Below, one piece after another: positions 49,585-63,379 of a DNA stretch of 64,000 bases. This stretch comes from Owenia fusiformis (taxonomy: Eukaryota), in assembly GCA_903813345.2 (NCBI GenBank), contig CAIIXF020000001.1, positions 1,364,001 through 1,428,000 on the forward strand, read 5' to 3'. The notes under the pieces were generated by a model. The model ran no database searches, was not told the DNA's origin, and saw only the letters and a program-made list of their open reading frames with translations. Numbering within the stretch: the first letter of the stretch is position 1; each line of letters starts with the position of its first letter. Position numbers and translations under genes: made by a program.

Positions 49585-52500
49585 TTTTTTTTTTTTTCTC
49601 AATTTACATTTTCACTACACAAGGATACAAGTGATTTGCTGTAAGCCGTTTTTACAAATGAAATAGAAATACAAAGAATACCAAATTCGACACACAGACA
49701 CATTCCACTCACACGACATTCATTCATATCATGCATACCACACACATACAATCACTCATCAAAAATATTTTCCAGTCTGAGACCTTCGTTTAAATAGGCT
49801 TGAAATCCAACACAAGTCAGTGGCATGTTGGAATAATAAGCTCTATGAACATAGTATTTTAATATCAAAACGGAAAAGTTAAACTTTCTAAAATGTTTCC
49901 TATCGAAATACCCAACAATGACGTGTTGCTCATTTAAGTGTATATCCTTTTCTCTCCATTGATCTCCGAAATATTTTAAAAGACTTTTGATGTTCTTGCA
50001 CTCCCAAAAACGGTGGACAATCGTCTCTTTTTGGCCGCAAAAATCACATTTATCATTCGTACGTATACCAACAAGTTTAAGGTACAAATTTGAGGCATAA
50101 ATATTATTAATAATCTTATACTGTAATTCCCAAAAAGCGTGGTTTTTGGTTATGTCATATACCATTGAACACATATCTCGAGCGTTAACATTATATTTGC
50201 AACATAAGCGCTTAACGCTTATTGATTCAGAAAAACATTGTTGATTGATGTACAATTGAATCATTTTTGTATTCAAATTTTTGATGTGGACCGTTTTGTT
50301 ACCAATAAAAAACTCTTCGATGCTTTCAGTATATTCGGTTTCACACTTCGCTTTCGGATCGCTTTTTAAAATTGATTTCCATTTCTTTGGAATGGAAGAT
50401 ATTAGGCTAATGTAGTCTAAAAAGTTTATATCCACCTGGAACTTGTATTTAAAATCATTCAGTTCCATAAAACTACCATTCCCATTTAGTAAATCATTTA
50501 TTTGAACAACCCCCATTTCCAAAAGGCTTTTTTGAAATATCTGTTTACCCTCCCTAAGTATGTATTTATTATGCCATAGTATCTCGCTCTTTACCTCAGA
50601 ACTGTTTTTTGGTTCCTCCGTCTCACTTACCGTTGAATAATATGAAAGAGCATTCATATAGAAATCGGGGATTTTTTGTTTAAATAGGCGTACATCATAT
50701 CTACATTGCAGAAGTAGATTAAGACCGCCAAAATGTTCAAAATATATTCGCGGAATCACTTTCCAGTGGCTAAGTTGGTCATCAAGGAATCGTTTAAGCC
50801 ACATAATTTTTAGTGCTTTTTCCATCGATGTCATGTTCACCATACGAATGCCCCCCTGATCATAAGATCCGACCACAGTATTTCGCTTTATTTTATCCCG
50901 TTTCCCTTTCCACAAAAAATTATAAATCAAAGTATTCACCTTTGAAATGATGCTGTCGGGCGTAACAGTCATGGACATAGAATATACGATCTGTGAAACT
51001 GCAAGGGATTTGATTATCATAATACGACCGTAAATGGTGAGATTTCGCTTACCCCAGAGGTTCAGAATCCTCTTCAACGATTCTATTTTCCGGTCAAAAT
51101 TCATCGCCTTATTATGCTCTGGATCGTATGATACACTGATGCCTAAAAACTTACTTGGCCTCTTTACCCAAATACAGCCCCCAATATTCGGATTTACACC
51201 ATCATGGTTGGCACCAACACTAAAACATTCGGTTTTTTCCTTATTAATTTTTAGGCCCGATAATTGATAAAAATTTTCGAAAATGCTTAAGGCAGCTTCA
51301 AGGGAATTTGCATCTTTGAGTATTAGAGACGTGTCATCGGCATACATAATCAATTTCTGAGTGTGGCCATTTAGATCGATTCCTTTCACATTTTCATCTT
51401 GCCTGATCTTAAGGGCAAGTACCTCAATACATATAACAAAAAGGGAGCAACTTAACGGATCTCCTTGACGGACACCCCTATGTACTTTAAACCACCCAGT
51501 AGAATGCCCGTTGTTCAATACGCAGCTATTGATATCAGTGTAAAAGAGCTTAACCCAACGGATTAACTCATCGCCAAAATTAAAGTACCGCAACGCAAAA
51601 TCAATAAAACTCCATTCGATACTGTCATATGCTTTTTCAAAGTCAATTAAAGAAATAATGCCTGGTATTTTCCTTTCTCTAGTATATACTAGTAAATCCT
51701 CCATGAATCGAATGTTTGCGCCAATCAGTCTTCCTTTGACAAAGGCAGTCTGATCGGGTTCAATAATCGCTTCAATTCTCTTACTTACCACTTTAGAAAC
51801 AATTTTATAATCTATATTTAACAATGAAATTGGACGCCAGTTTTAAAGCAGAGATAAATCCTTTCCCGATTTTTCAATCAAAGATATTACGCCCTGCCTT
51901 TGACTAACAGATAAGAGTCCAACTCTAAGTGAGAGGTTAAAACTGTCAACAACACCTGTCGAAATGTCGTTCCAAAATGCTTTATACCATTCGGCCGAAA
52001 GGCCATCACTCCCCGGTGTTTTGTTCGACTTAAACGTTGAGAGAACTTTAAAGCATTCTGCTTCAGTAAGTCTGAGTTCGCACGATGCCTTCTGCGCTTC
52101 AGATAGTTTACGCGACTGTAGATTATTAGTAAAAATGTCAAAATCTTTGAAATCGGGCGAGACCTTTTCAGAGTATAAATCTTGATAAAAGAGTTTAATT
52201 TCATTCAAAATACGAGTATCATTTTCGATACTTACTCCACCAATCGACAAATTTGTTATGTGTTTTTTCTCGTGGTTTGATTTTTCCAAATTAAAGAAAA
52301 AAGACGTACATCTTTCATTTTTTTCATACTGGTCAATTTTTGCTCGGATCAAATGACCTTCCGCCTTATAGATACACATTTTTTCAAGTTTGACTTTTGC
52401 TCTTTCATAGGCTTCGCATACCGAAGAGATTAAGGTAGAGCCGTCACTTGCAATTAAAGATTCAAGATGTTCGATCTCCTTTAGTAACTCAAGTTCAGCT

Positions 52501-53930
52501 TTTCGATTTTCACGACATTTTAACTTTGAAAAATGTATTGTCTTTTCCTTAATTTTGAACTTCATGAATTCCCATAATTCGATCTTGCTGAGATCACGGT
52601 GCTCGTCACGTAATTTTGTTATGAGGCTTCGGATGCTTAAAGAGTACTCCTCGTCTTGTAGCAAACTATTATTAAATTTCCAAAAACCCGCCCCCCTCAT
52701 TTCTGTATCCAAACCAATATTAAGTCGTAATAATTTATGATCAGAAAGAATGGCAGGCTCGATAAAGCACTCATCATTCTTTTTGATCCTCCTGTCAACA
52801 AAAAACATATCAATCCTACTTTTAAATTTTGAATTTTTAAACTCATCCTTCGCAAAGGACTCATAAGTATATTGTACCGCAGAAAGGTTTAACGTTCTCC
52901 AGATATCAAAAAGATTAAAATCATGTATCATTGATCTCACGATACCGGCAGATTCGGATTCTTTATGTTTTGTCATTCCGTAGGAATATCTATCCGTATT
53001 AGGGTCGAGAATCGTGTTACAATCACCTCCTATAATCAAAAAATCTGAAGCAAAGTTCGTTGAAATATGAGTGTGAAGCTTTTCAAAGAAAGTCTTATTT
53101 TCGTGACCATCGTTTGGCGCGTAGATATTCACAAAAGTATAAGAGTGAGTACCTATTTTACATTTAACGATAACATACCTACCTGACGAATGTGTATCGA
53201 TATCCAAAATGTCATATCGCTGATGTTTAGAAAAAAGTATCGCGACTCCACGCTCGCTCCGTTTTTGACCATGCGCAAAATATATATCAGATCCCCATTC
53301 CCTTTTCCACATATTTTCATCGGCTATTGACGAATGGGTTTCTTGTAGAAAAACAACATCAAGTCTTTTTCTTTTCAGAAATAAGAAAATAGACGCCCTC
53401 TTTTTATTTTGTCTCAGTCCCTTCGTATTTAGGGACCCTAAATTTAAGTTACGGATAGGAGCAATATGGTTTCACCAAAGACTTAGCCATGAGACCGCGT
53501 AACACAGGCATACATACATTATACTTGCCCAGGTGGTTAAAAACTTCGGAGGAATATCAGATAAAAGCATGTTATATTTTCTCGGTCTAGTGCATCTACA
53601 GATAGGATATAACACACTACCTCATACCTTACACAATAAAAACTCGTATATGTATTTGAGTTACTCACATAAATCCTGTTCAATACAAAAGACATGGACA
53701 CACAAAAGGCATTCAGGTGCAACACACTCACGCACATCAAAGCACACATTATCGCACATAAATACATGGTATGATTTGCAAAGTCACAAAAACATACATT
53801 CACACCCAAACATACGAGACTCACAGAGTATTTAACAGAAACAATATTCATTTTCAAAATACAAAAAGAAGCCGCTTCAAAACCTTTGCATAGAAGTCCA
53901 GTCGTATGCGTACAGTAGCGGTAATAATTC
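49585..53930 (-). mobile_element. Non-LTR retrotransposon, L1/Tx1-type, probably 5'-truncated (no ORF1 seen; 5' limit approximate)
   Basis: Poly(A) tail at 49585-49597 (T run on +), short 3' UTR, ORF2 with APE endonuclease, RT and cysteine-rich C-terminal motif. Confidence 0.88.
49752..53470 (-). pseudogene. LINE ORF2 (endonuclease + reverse transcriptase) with an in-frame premature stop
   Basis: LGSLNTKGLR, FLQETH, NIYAPN, GGDCN, SRIDMF, SDH; KTPGSDG, L*NWRPISLLNIDYK (TAA 51845-51843), IDFEKAYDSI, GVRQGDPLS, YADD, CDFCGQKETIVHRFWEC. Confidence 0.9.
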
Positions 53931-54274
53931 AATATACAGTTTTAAAAAAATGTGGTTTACAGAACATAAGTTATATACCCTTCTCAACCATTACTTAAAT
54001 TCCTACAATAAATCACCCTGGCTGTTGGGAATAGTCAGTATAGTTACGCCCTGACTATCTAAAAAGATTATTTAAAGGGGCCTACAATTGAAACACTTTT
54101 ATAAATGTTTGAATGTTTGATCGAGAAACACAAAATCGAAAAAATGGCCCCATAAGTATTTGTTAGTAGTAAGCATTGTTTCGAAAATAAGAAAACCTCT
54201 AGCTAGCTACTAGCCATCAGTTACATCCCTCTATTAATAAACCTTGGAATTTATAGATAGGTTTCGCCTTCGCA

Positions 54275-55150
54275 CCCAAGAAACAGGTAACTCACAAAGC
54301 AACCCAATTAACAGGTTACTCAAAAGGCAATTCAAGAAACAGGTAACTCAAATGGCAACCCAAGAAACGGGTTACTCAAAAGGGTCTACATTTAAGAACG
54401 TATAGACATATTTTGATACATGATTGAGATAAACAAGGTTGAGAAAGCTGCCCATAAATCACAATTAAGTAACCAGTGTTGTTTCAAGTAAAAAAAGAAA
54501 ACTAAATTTACATATTGAAAAATATCAATAGGAGTATCATCACATAAGGTAAACCTAAAAAATACATGCTGCCAAAACATCAGTGGCTACATAAGACGCT
54601 AACATATTGTTATTGAAGAGGCTACCTTGCACAACCAGGTTATTGTTTTGACAATGCATCTTTTACAGTACCAAAAATACTCGCTTCCATCATAAGTGGG
54701 TACTGGCAGATCATATAAATCTTTGACCATTTTCAATGGTGTAACTATTCAAAATGCAACCCAAGAAACACGTTAATCAAAAGAGTCTACATTTAAGAAC
54801 GTAATAAACATATTTTTGATACGTGATTGAGATACACAAGATTGAAAAGGCTGTCCCGTGAATCACACTTGAGTAACCAATGTAGTTTCAAAAAGAAAAA
54901 AGAAACACTGAATATACATATTGAGAAATATTAATCATCACATAAGGTAAAAACCTAAAATAATACTTGCTGCCAACATCCGCGGCTACATAAAACGCTT
55001 TACATTTTGTTAGTGTAGAGGCTACATTACACAACCAGATTATTGTTTTAACAAAACATCTTTTACAATACCAAAAATGCTTGTTTCCATCGTAGATGGG
55101 TACTGGAAGATCATATAAATCTTTGACCATTTTCAATGGTGTAACTATAT
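54275..55150. repeat. ~400-bp tandem duplication preceded by short CAAGAAACAGGTAACTCAAA repeats
   Basis: 54355-54748 and 54755-55148 share GTCTACATTTAAGAACGTA ... GATCATATAAATCTTTGACCATTTTCAATGGTGTAACTAT. Confidence 0.8.
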
Positions 55151-56338
55151 CTCTTACGCAGTGTAAATTCATCACAACTTGATCTATCCAAAAAAGGCCA
55201 TTAAATTGTACTGAGAAACATTACAAGTTATTTCTTGAAATATTTGCACATTGCTTTACATGTACTAACTTGAATCGTTTCCTTGTCTATGAGTTGATCT
55301 TTATGCGTTATTACTGAATAACTGTTAAACATGTGTTTTAAGAATATGGGTAATTATATAAAATTAAACCAATCCATCTGGGATTTATAAAAAATGGCTA
55401 ATTACTGCTTTGAGTTCAATGCTATAATCGTGACGTTTTTCACGCGTGACGTTTGTCACAGTTTCGCACAATATCAGTTCATAGATGGGATAATGCTGGT
55501 TATTTCGAAAATCCTCTTTTGTTATGATGGAGTGGACATATTGTTTTCTTGGAAAGTGCCCCATTTCCATCAAGATTACTGTCAATATATGAGTAACATC
55601 AAGGTCGTTTTTCACAAGCAAAACGGTGATTTTTCAGAATTTTTCAGATCATGCTCATTATAATCCAATCACAACTATTATCACGATTTGTTACACGATG
55701 GTCTGATAAACTGAACTTAAGACTTGATAATCACAGATAATTTATTTATCTCGAGTTTCCCTACTGCCGTCTGGGCCCGTTTTAACGACCGTGACGTTTT
55801 TCACAGAATAAATTTTACACTTACTATAATGGGTATATATAATCGGTAATAGGTGAGAAGCAAATACACTGCTGCCATCACACTATGACTGGAAGTTTTC
55901 TATGCCAACAGAACAAAAATGAAAATATGCGACCATTTATAACTGAGATATGGCATGTTTTCACAGGCGTGTTGTCCCGTTTCATCAACAAATTCACGAA
56001 ATTCACATCTTATTCGCGAGTTATTAAAGTTAGTAACAACCGGAATGATCAATAAGTATGCTGACCGAATTTAGATAAAGGCATTTTATTTTAATATTCA
56101 TAAAACAATGAGAAAAAATCATTTTCGTTTTGGCTATTTTCAATTACATGAAATATACCCATTTTTAACATTAATTGGTTTTGAATGACATGCGTAGTCA
56201 GTTCAATTTATACGTGAAATGTTACGGAAAACACGAAAAATGAGGCTTTTGTACGTTGGTCATTTACGTATTCGATTTTACCCTTCGATTATATTGTTTT
56301 TAGTTCTAAAAATATCACTATATGAACAAGCCCAGTGT

Positions 56339-58106
56339 CACGGAGCGGTAGGCAAACTGCGCGCCTACTATGCACGCAGTTTGGAACACTGACAAACTGC
56401 GCGCCTATTCACAAAATGACAGACAGGGAGGACACGACTCCCAAGAGGATGGAAATTACTGGAAATACTAGGCTAGTTTTGGTTTTCAGACAGTACCAAG
56501 ATGCGGAGACTAACTTAGTTTATACGTAGCACTCGATTTTTTTTCCCGATGCATATCTAGTTATCTCAAAATAAGGTTCCCAAGGAGCTTTCGTGTTAAA
56601 ATTATACAGTGTTGCGTCATATAATGTCTGTTTTTCGTAGTTTGACGTTTATTCAGCCCTTGTGTTTGCATATTCTGAAAGATATAGGATTGCTGCACAT
56701 GGTTTAAGTAATATAGTTTGTTTGTTAAACAGTGACAAGCCATTAACGTGATTTTATTTTTTTCGCTGTCAAACTGCGTGCATACTTTCACGTGGATTTC
56801 ACAAACTGCGTGCCTAATATTTACAAACTGCGCGCCTATATTTACAAACTGCGCGCCTAATTTGCAAGCTGTGTGCAAGTTTCTTGTGTATTTTCAGAAA
56901 ACGTAAACGCCACTCACTAAACCTGTCCCTATATAAAAAGAAACCAAAGTCTGACCCTAACAAAAATGTAGATAAAATTGAATTTCTGAATTTTTGCTCG
57001 TCATGCATGCATGGTCACTTATTTATGGTAACATGGGTAATAAGTTTCAAGTCGAAAGAGTGAGATTGTTGTAAATATCTTTTTCTTACTTATTTTGCTA
57101 AAACTGTGAATTTTTATAGCATTTTATAATGAGGAATTCATTGAATTCTAAGAAATGGCTTTTTGGACTGCATCAATCAAAAATATAAATAAAAAAGGAT
57201 TCAATATATATTTACACAATTTTTATGAACGAATTGTATTTATGTTGCACCATGCATCATGCACCATGTTAGTTTACAATAAAGTAGTAAAATAGGCACT
57301 TCGGCACTTCGACGGGGACTAGGCGGGGGCCACATGGGTGTCTTTTAGTAGGACCCCAATAGAACAAAACCATTTTCATGAGATTTTTGAACTCAACTGA
57401 GCTCTATATGATGAAGTCGAATTATTGCATCAATTTTTTATTAAATCATATAGACAAGAACAAAATAAAATATAAATATGTACATTTCCACTGGTTGTCA
57501 ACCATCAACCCAATTTTAGTTTTTGATTTATTTGAACCTTTTCAATCTCTACCTTTTCAACTTACTTACGTACTCCCATGAAATCACATAGGCCTGCATT
57601 ACTGAGAAGTCATCGATAATATGCACGCAGTTTGGAAGAGTAGGCACGCAGTTTGTGATTTCTGGCTAAAATAGGCGCGCAGTTTGTGTTTTATTACTTC
57701 TTTCTGTGATGTTCTTCTATTTTAATACGAAATATTTTGTATTGTACGGGAAAACTGGGTTGAGATTTACCTGTGAATCAATACCCAAGTGTTTTATATT
57801 TCTGTGAAACTTGCGATATCAACTTATGTATCGGTGATCGAAAAATCGATGTCAATTTTTGTATTAATCTGCTTATATTTTTAAACCTACGTTCATCTGG
57901 ACATGCATTTCGCTATCACATGGTTGAATCATATAATCGCCACCGAATGGACGTGTTGAACTATAAAACAATTCAGAATAAATGTCTTAAAATGACGTTT
58001 GAAAACATAGACTCCAACTTTTATGATGCAATGTTGATAGGCGCGCAGTTTGTCAGTCTTTCAAACTGCGTGCATAGTAGGCAAGCAGTTTGGCTACCGC
58101 ACCGTG
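56339..58106. mobile_element. Non-autonomous Transib-like DNA transposon
   Basis: ~70-bp TIRs starting CACGG(A/T)GCGGTAG; perfect 5-bp TSD AGTGT (56334-56338, 58107-58111); AAACTGCGCGCCTA subterminal repeats. Confidence 0.75.
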
Positions 58107-59319
58107 AGTGTGCTGTGTATAATTTGACTAAAATTTGGTGAATGAATTTGTTTATTGTTTGAAATAAATCGAATTTTTCAAATGGTATGTTCAATTCATT
58201 TTACACTGTATGGAATGGTATTGCAATAATTACAGTGTACAAGTTTCGCACAACGTTTTAGCTACCCGTATCAAAATCCGTAACGCATCGATGGAGTAAA
58301 AGTGTACTCAATACGTTTGTGATACCAACAGCAATACCGAAAGTACGTAAACTAACACTTTCTGTGCGTAGTTGTCTCCGTATCTATTTTGTCCTTCAAA
58401 TCTTGATAAATTTTTCCCTAAATGTATAATTTTAGTAACACACATATGTTATCATGTGTGTCGTGCTAATTTTGATGAAGTAATTGCCTTATCTGCCGAT
58501 AAATTTGATTATAAGCGATGGGCCTGCAATTTTTACAAATAAAGCTTTAGTCACATTTGCTAATAGGCAGATGTAAGGTCTATCGTTTCCGGGGTCAATA
58601 GTAATACCGTAGTCAATATCTTAGGGACATCAAACCAATGGTTATCAGCTAGGCCACCTGAATATATATTTTATGCCTTAAGTCACGCTCCGAATTCATA
58701 TAGAGCAGGGTCTTGGGCTTAGTTTGAGTATAGTAGCTTTTTCCTGACCTCGACAATGAATGTTATATTGGGTCTAAAGATGGCGCCCCGCATCACTCTT
58801 GCCCGTATCCAGCTAGTGGCAAGGGGGGGGGGCTTTTTTGGCTTAAAACTCCCGAGAAGTGCTCAGTATGATGAAAAACTGAATGATTTTGAACATTTTT
58901 TTTAGCCAGGTAGCTTCTTCCCGTGGTATGACTTAAACACGCATCAAGTCATGCGATCTATGTCAAATAGTAAGCGGCCTTGTTTGGGGGTCCAGGGAGA
59001 CTAGTGCCCTAAAGTTTAGTGCCCAAGCTTCCCCGAACCACCGTCAGTGATTATGTAACAGGTAGAGTATATTTCTTTGATCCTAGGATTATGATATTGG
59101 CGTATCATTTCCTATTTTCATTTTTGTTAAGACAGTCCTGACATCCAGATCCTGTAACGGATCTTCCCTCTTACATATGAGTCACGGTAGGGGCCCCAGA
59201 TGTTCCTAACTCTTGGGTAGTGGTCCATGATGTGTTCTTCATTAGCAGCCTTGTGACGATAGGGAAGGGGGGTTGTAATTCAAGTACATATTCAGTAGAT
59301 ACCGGGTTGTCCCCGATTG

Positions 59320-60330
59320 TTTTGTGCGATTGTCTCCAGTTGGAATAACTTAGTTGAGTAAATCGGTATCAACGTTTCGTTGTGGTTTATTGGTTGTGCC
59401 TGATTGTGTTTTGATGGGTTGAGTAAATCGATTGAGTATTTGACTAAGCCTGGTTGTGTAATGGTGGGTAAGTGTCAAGTAGGTATAGGTATTGCCGAAA
59501 TGTGTTGTGTACGTTTGAGACTAGGTTCTCTTTTGATGGTTTATAGTCTGGTGATTTAGTATCGGGTTGTGTCCCATTGTGTTATGTTAATCTTATAATG
59601 GGTTGTTTTCTCTTGTGAATATGATCTGTAGGTTGGCTAGCTGGTTGTGGCTAGTCGGGTGAGGTATCTTGTTTTGTCTGATTGTGTTGTGTGATTGGCG
59701 TTGTCTCCAATTGGGTTAAGTTAGTTGTGTATCTTGGTATTACAATTTTAATGTGTTTTTTTGCCTGTGCCTGATTTTGTTTTGATTTTTTGGTTTTGGG
59801 GTTTGAAAAATTGTGTTGTGTTACTTGAACAATGGGCTGTGTTTGCTTTTGTTGGTTTAACATTGGGTTGTGCCAAATTGTGTGGTGATAATTTCACAGT
59901 TCGATGTGTTTTCATGGTTGTTAGTTTAGCTGTGTTTTATTGGTTGTGCCTGATTGTGTTTTTATTGTTCAGTGTTGGATTGTGCACAATTGTGTTAAGT
60001 TAATTCAACAATTGGTTGTGTTTGTCTTTGTTGTCTTAATATTGGGTTGTGACATATTGTGTTAATCTGACAGTTGGTTGTGTTTTGGTGGTTGCAAGTC
60101 AGGTTGCGCCATGCTGGCTTTGGTGCTGGGTTATGCTATATTGCGTTCTGAGTATTTTGACACTGGGCTATGTTCTATTGTACTGTTGTATGATTGGTGA
60201 TCTAGGTTGTGTTTGGTTGTAAAAGGTTATATATTTCGAGTTGTGGGCTGTGTCCGATCAGGCTGTGGTGTTTATTGGGATAAGAAACAAATGGCCGGTT
60301 TAGGGTATTATGTTGTTGGTTTATCAGTTG
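59320..60330. repeat. Degenerate TG-rich low-complexity repeat
   Basis: Recurrent GGTTGTG/ATTGTGTT motifs with strong G+T strand skew. Confidence 0.7.
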
Positions 60331-61296
60331 ATTCTCTGTAGACCCCAAAGGGGATATAGGGTATTATGATGGTGAGATATTCGAATGGCATGGTAGGCGT
60401 TAGCTTCGCGTCGTTCTCTGATGAGCTGGTCCCCTGTTGTTCAATGAATTCAAGAAAAACAATGCTAATTTATCTTTTTACATAATTTATTTTTTGTTGA
60501 TTTCTCATACAAAACATACTTTTATGGCATAACTGATATATTTGTGTCGCTTTCTATGATCAAATATGTTACTTTGCTCCCCTCCTTAGTTTATATGAGG
60601 CATGGGTTTTCAACTAAAGCCCATGTATGAGGAAAGGGGGTGGCTTATGTGAAAACGTATGGTTTCCGAATGCCTTGGCCTTGCCAAAGTCGCTATTACA
60701 AAATTATTACCAAAATATACAGCTGCAAAAACATGAAATTAAAGGTCCATGTGCAGTATGGCAAGTGATTTTAGAAATGTTTACGCATTTTGTGGCATAA
60801 TGCATCACTGCACGTCACTTAATGACCACTATTTCAGCCTATCTGTTTTCAAACCCTTAAATATTCCCAAAGGTATAATTTGACACTGAATTAGTCATTG
60901 TAAACCGAGAAATAATCTTTTCTGGCCTAAAGGATATTCTTCATTTTGAAATTGATGTCATGAAATTAATAAATGACACCTTAGGGATGAAAGGGTTAAT
61001 GTGTATTTTTGCACTCACCAAAAATACTTTTGGAGTTGTGATTCTGAAAGCTGACACTCCCAATGGTGTTTTGAAATCTTAGTGCAGATGAAGCCTTTTA
61101 TTTGACCCTAGTTTTCACTACTATTAAACACACGGATTGAGATGCGTTTATAATTACGTACTTCAAAAAACGAACTGCGAAACGAAAGTTATCGAAATAC
61201 GTATCCGTAAACGTAACGAGATATGGATGCGGATACGTTTTAGCTAATTCGTTTTGCGAAACCTCTCTAATTGCAGGGTTACTTCCATCATTAGCT

Positions 61297-61441
61297 TATG
61301 CCTTGGTCGCTTTTGCCCCGATTCATCGGCCGGCGCCCGGCCGATTGAGTATCCTGTTCACAATTGTATTCAGTTTTGAACAGAATACTCAATCGGCCGA
61401 GCGCCGACCGATGAATCGGAGTAAATGTGATCTAGGCATTA
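61297..61441. repeat. Short palindromic repeat family, copy 3
   Basis: TGCCTTGGTCGCTTTTGCCCCGATTCATCGGCCGG ... CCGATGAATCGGAGTAAATGTGATCTAGGCA. Confidence 0.75.
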
Positions 61442-62084
61442 TTATCTTGAAAAATATACATTAATTCTCTATAAACATTATGGTATTTACCTACATGTAG
61501 ATTTTTTCTTCATTCTATTTACTTTCAAATTGATTCCCGACGCGCAAAAAAGTGCTTCTTAACATTAAAAGATGCACATTAAGTGTCAAAGGGAAAGGAC
61601 CAAAACCAAAAATTTTTACGGACCACAGCAAGAAAAAAAGAAACATCTATGAGTACACAAGTCATAAAGAATGATAAGTCCCATCTACCTCAACTCAAAC
61701 CATAATCTAACGTGAAAAGAAACTACCCCCCCCCCCCTCCACATACATATACATTTCAAGTAATATTATCACAATCAGGAACCAAAACATCAATGGGCAA
61801 AGGTGCATTTCATTCAAACATTACAATACATGTTGAAGAATAAATCTAAATTGGTAACCAATACTCCAAATATCAAAACTAGTTGTAGCGCTAATCGAGT
61901 ATTCATACAAAACAGGATCTTAAAAGGTTATGGACAAATTATTTGATTCTGGACTTGACATCTTTTTTAACGAAACCCCACCTTTGGCTTAGGGTTGATA
62001 TTTTATTAGCTAATTAAAATTAAATAAAATTGAAAGGAAGTCCCATTTGAGAGTTACACATATTTTGTCTTATTTAAATACAAA

Positions 62085-62300
62085 CCCTAACGTGATATGT
62101 TTTCATGAAATCCAATCCAAGGCTCAAGATACAACGAGTTAATTTAAGTGAAATCATAACGTGAAGACGGGTTTTTATGAATTTATTCATAAAATCCCAT
62201 CCAAGGGTCAAGATAAAACGATAAAATGTCAGTGCAAATCCTAATGCGATGATATTTTTTCATGAATATTTTTATAAAATCTCATCCAAGGGTCAAGGTA
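62085..62300. repeat. Three degenerate ~85-bp tandem units
   Basis: AAATC..ATCCAAGG(C/G)TCAAG recurs at ~62108, ~62192 and ~62277. Confidence 0.55.
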
Positions 62301-63379
62301 AAATTTTGGTTTTGATTTGATTAGTATTGGGTCACGTGAATGTCCATGTGATAGATCCATAAAAGGCTCAAATAGATATAAATATACGTAGTATAAATAT
62401 TTACGCGTTTGCTGGTTAAGGAGTTAACAATATACTAAGACAATTTAAGCTAATTAATAAGGAACACACAAATAAAAACAAATAACGCAATCATTACTAA
62501 TAAGCCAAATGGTTTGCTCGTGAACACTAAATGCAAGGTATAATAGTAGAGTGTAGGTACACGCGTATAATGCTACTTAGCAAAACCTACAAGAAACATA
62601 GATACATATACGCCTATTCATATGGCCTTCGCATTGTATCCATTCCGTTGCAATAATTCTTTCACAGTTCCTATGTTTATTGGATATACAAAATCAATCA
62701 TATTAGAATGCGTTGGATGATGAATTGCAATATCTTGACCACTCATTGAGTGAACGTTTTCGATATCGCATATTTGTCGGGTCTCCTGGGGAGGGCAGTA
62801 ACAACTTTTGTCGTTTGATTCCGAGGAGATCCAGAGGCACTGGTCAGACCATATTTCACTGAAACAATAACTGTAAAAAATTGGTATTTTTTATAAAACT
62901 GAAAATAATTGAAACTAAATTAATTCTTGTTCTTTATTTTATGCGTTCGAAAAATATAACGCCTTTATCTGATATCCGTCAGCATATTTTTTGCTCGTTC
63001 CTGTTGTTAATAGATTCGATCAAAGATTATCAATTATGGGTATTTGCTAATGTAACAGTACAACACGCCCATCAAGACATGTCATATCTCAATAATAAGT
63101 AGTCATCTTTTAATTTTGGTTCATTGTATATAGGAATATTCATTCAGAGTTAGTCCATGGTATGACTTCCGAATATGAAGGATCCGTAGCACACTATAGC
63201 GCAGCAACATTTGAAGCAATATTTATGGAGGTGCATATGTCTTGATTCTTTTAAAATACCATTTGATGAAAAAACTTACGGCTTTCGGGTCGAAAAATGT
63301 CTTTCATCACAAGGGATCCAACAAGGCATTAACATGACAAAATGTCACTACCTAGTTGCTCACCATAAATTCAAATCTG

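Noticed and set aside
51843-51845. Programmed readthrough or two-ORF organisation in the LINE
   Set aside because: The stop falls immediately before the conserved NWRPISLLN motif where Lys is usual; a point nonsense mutation is simpler.
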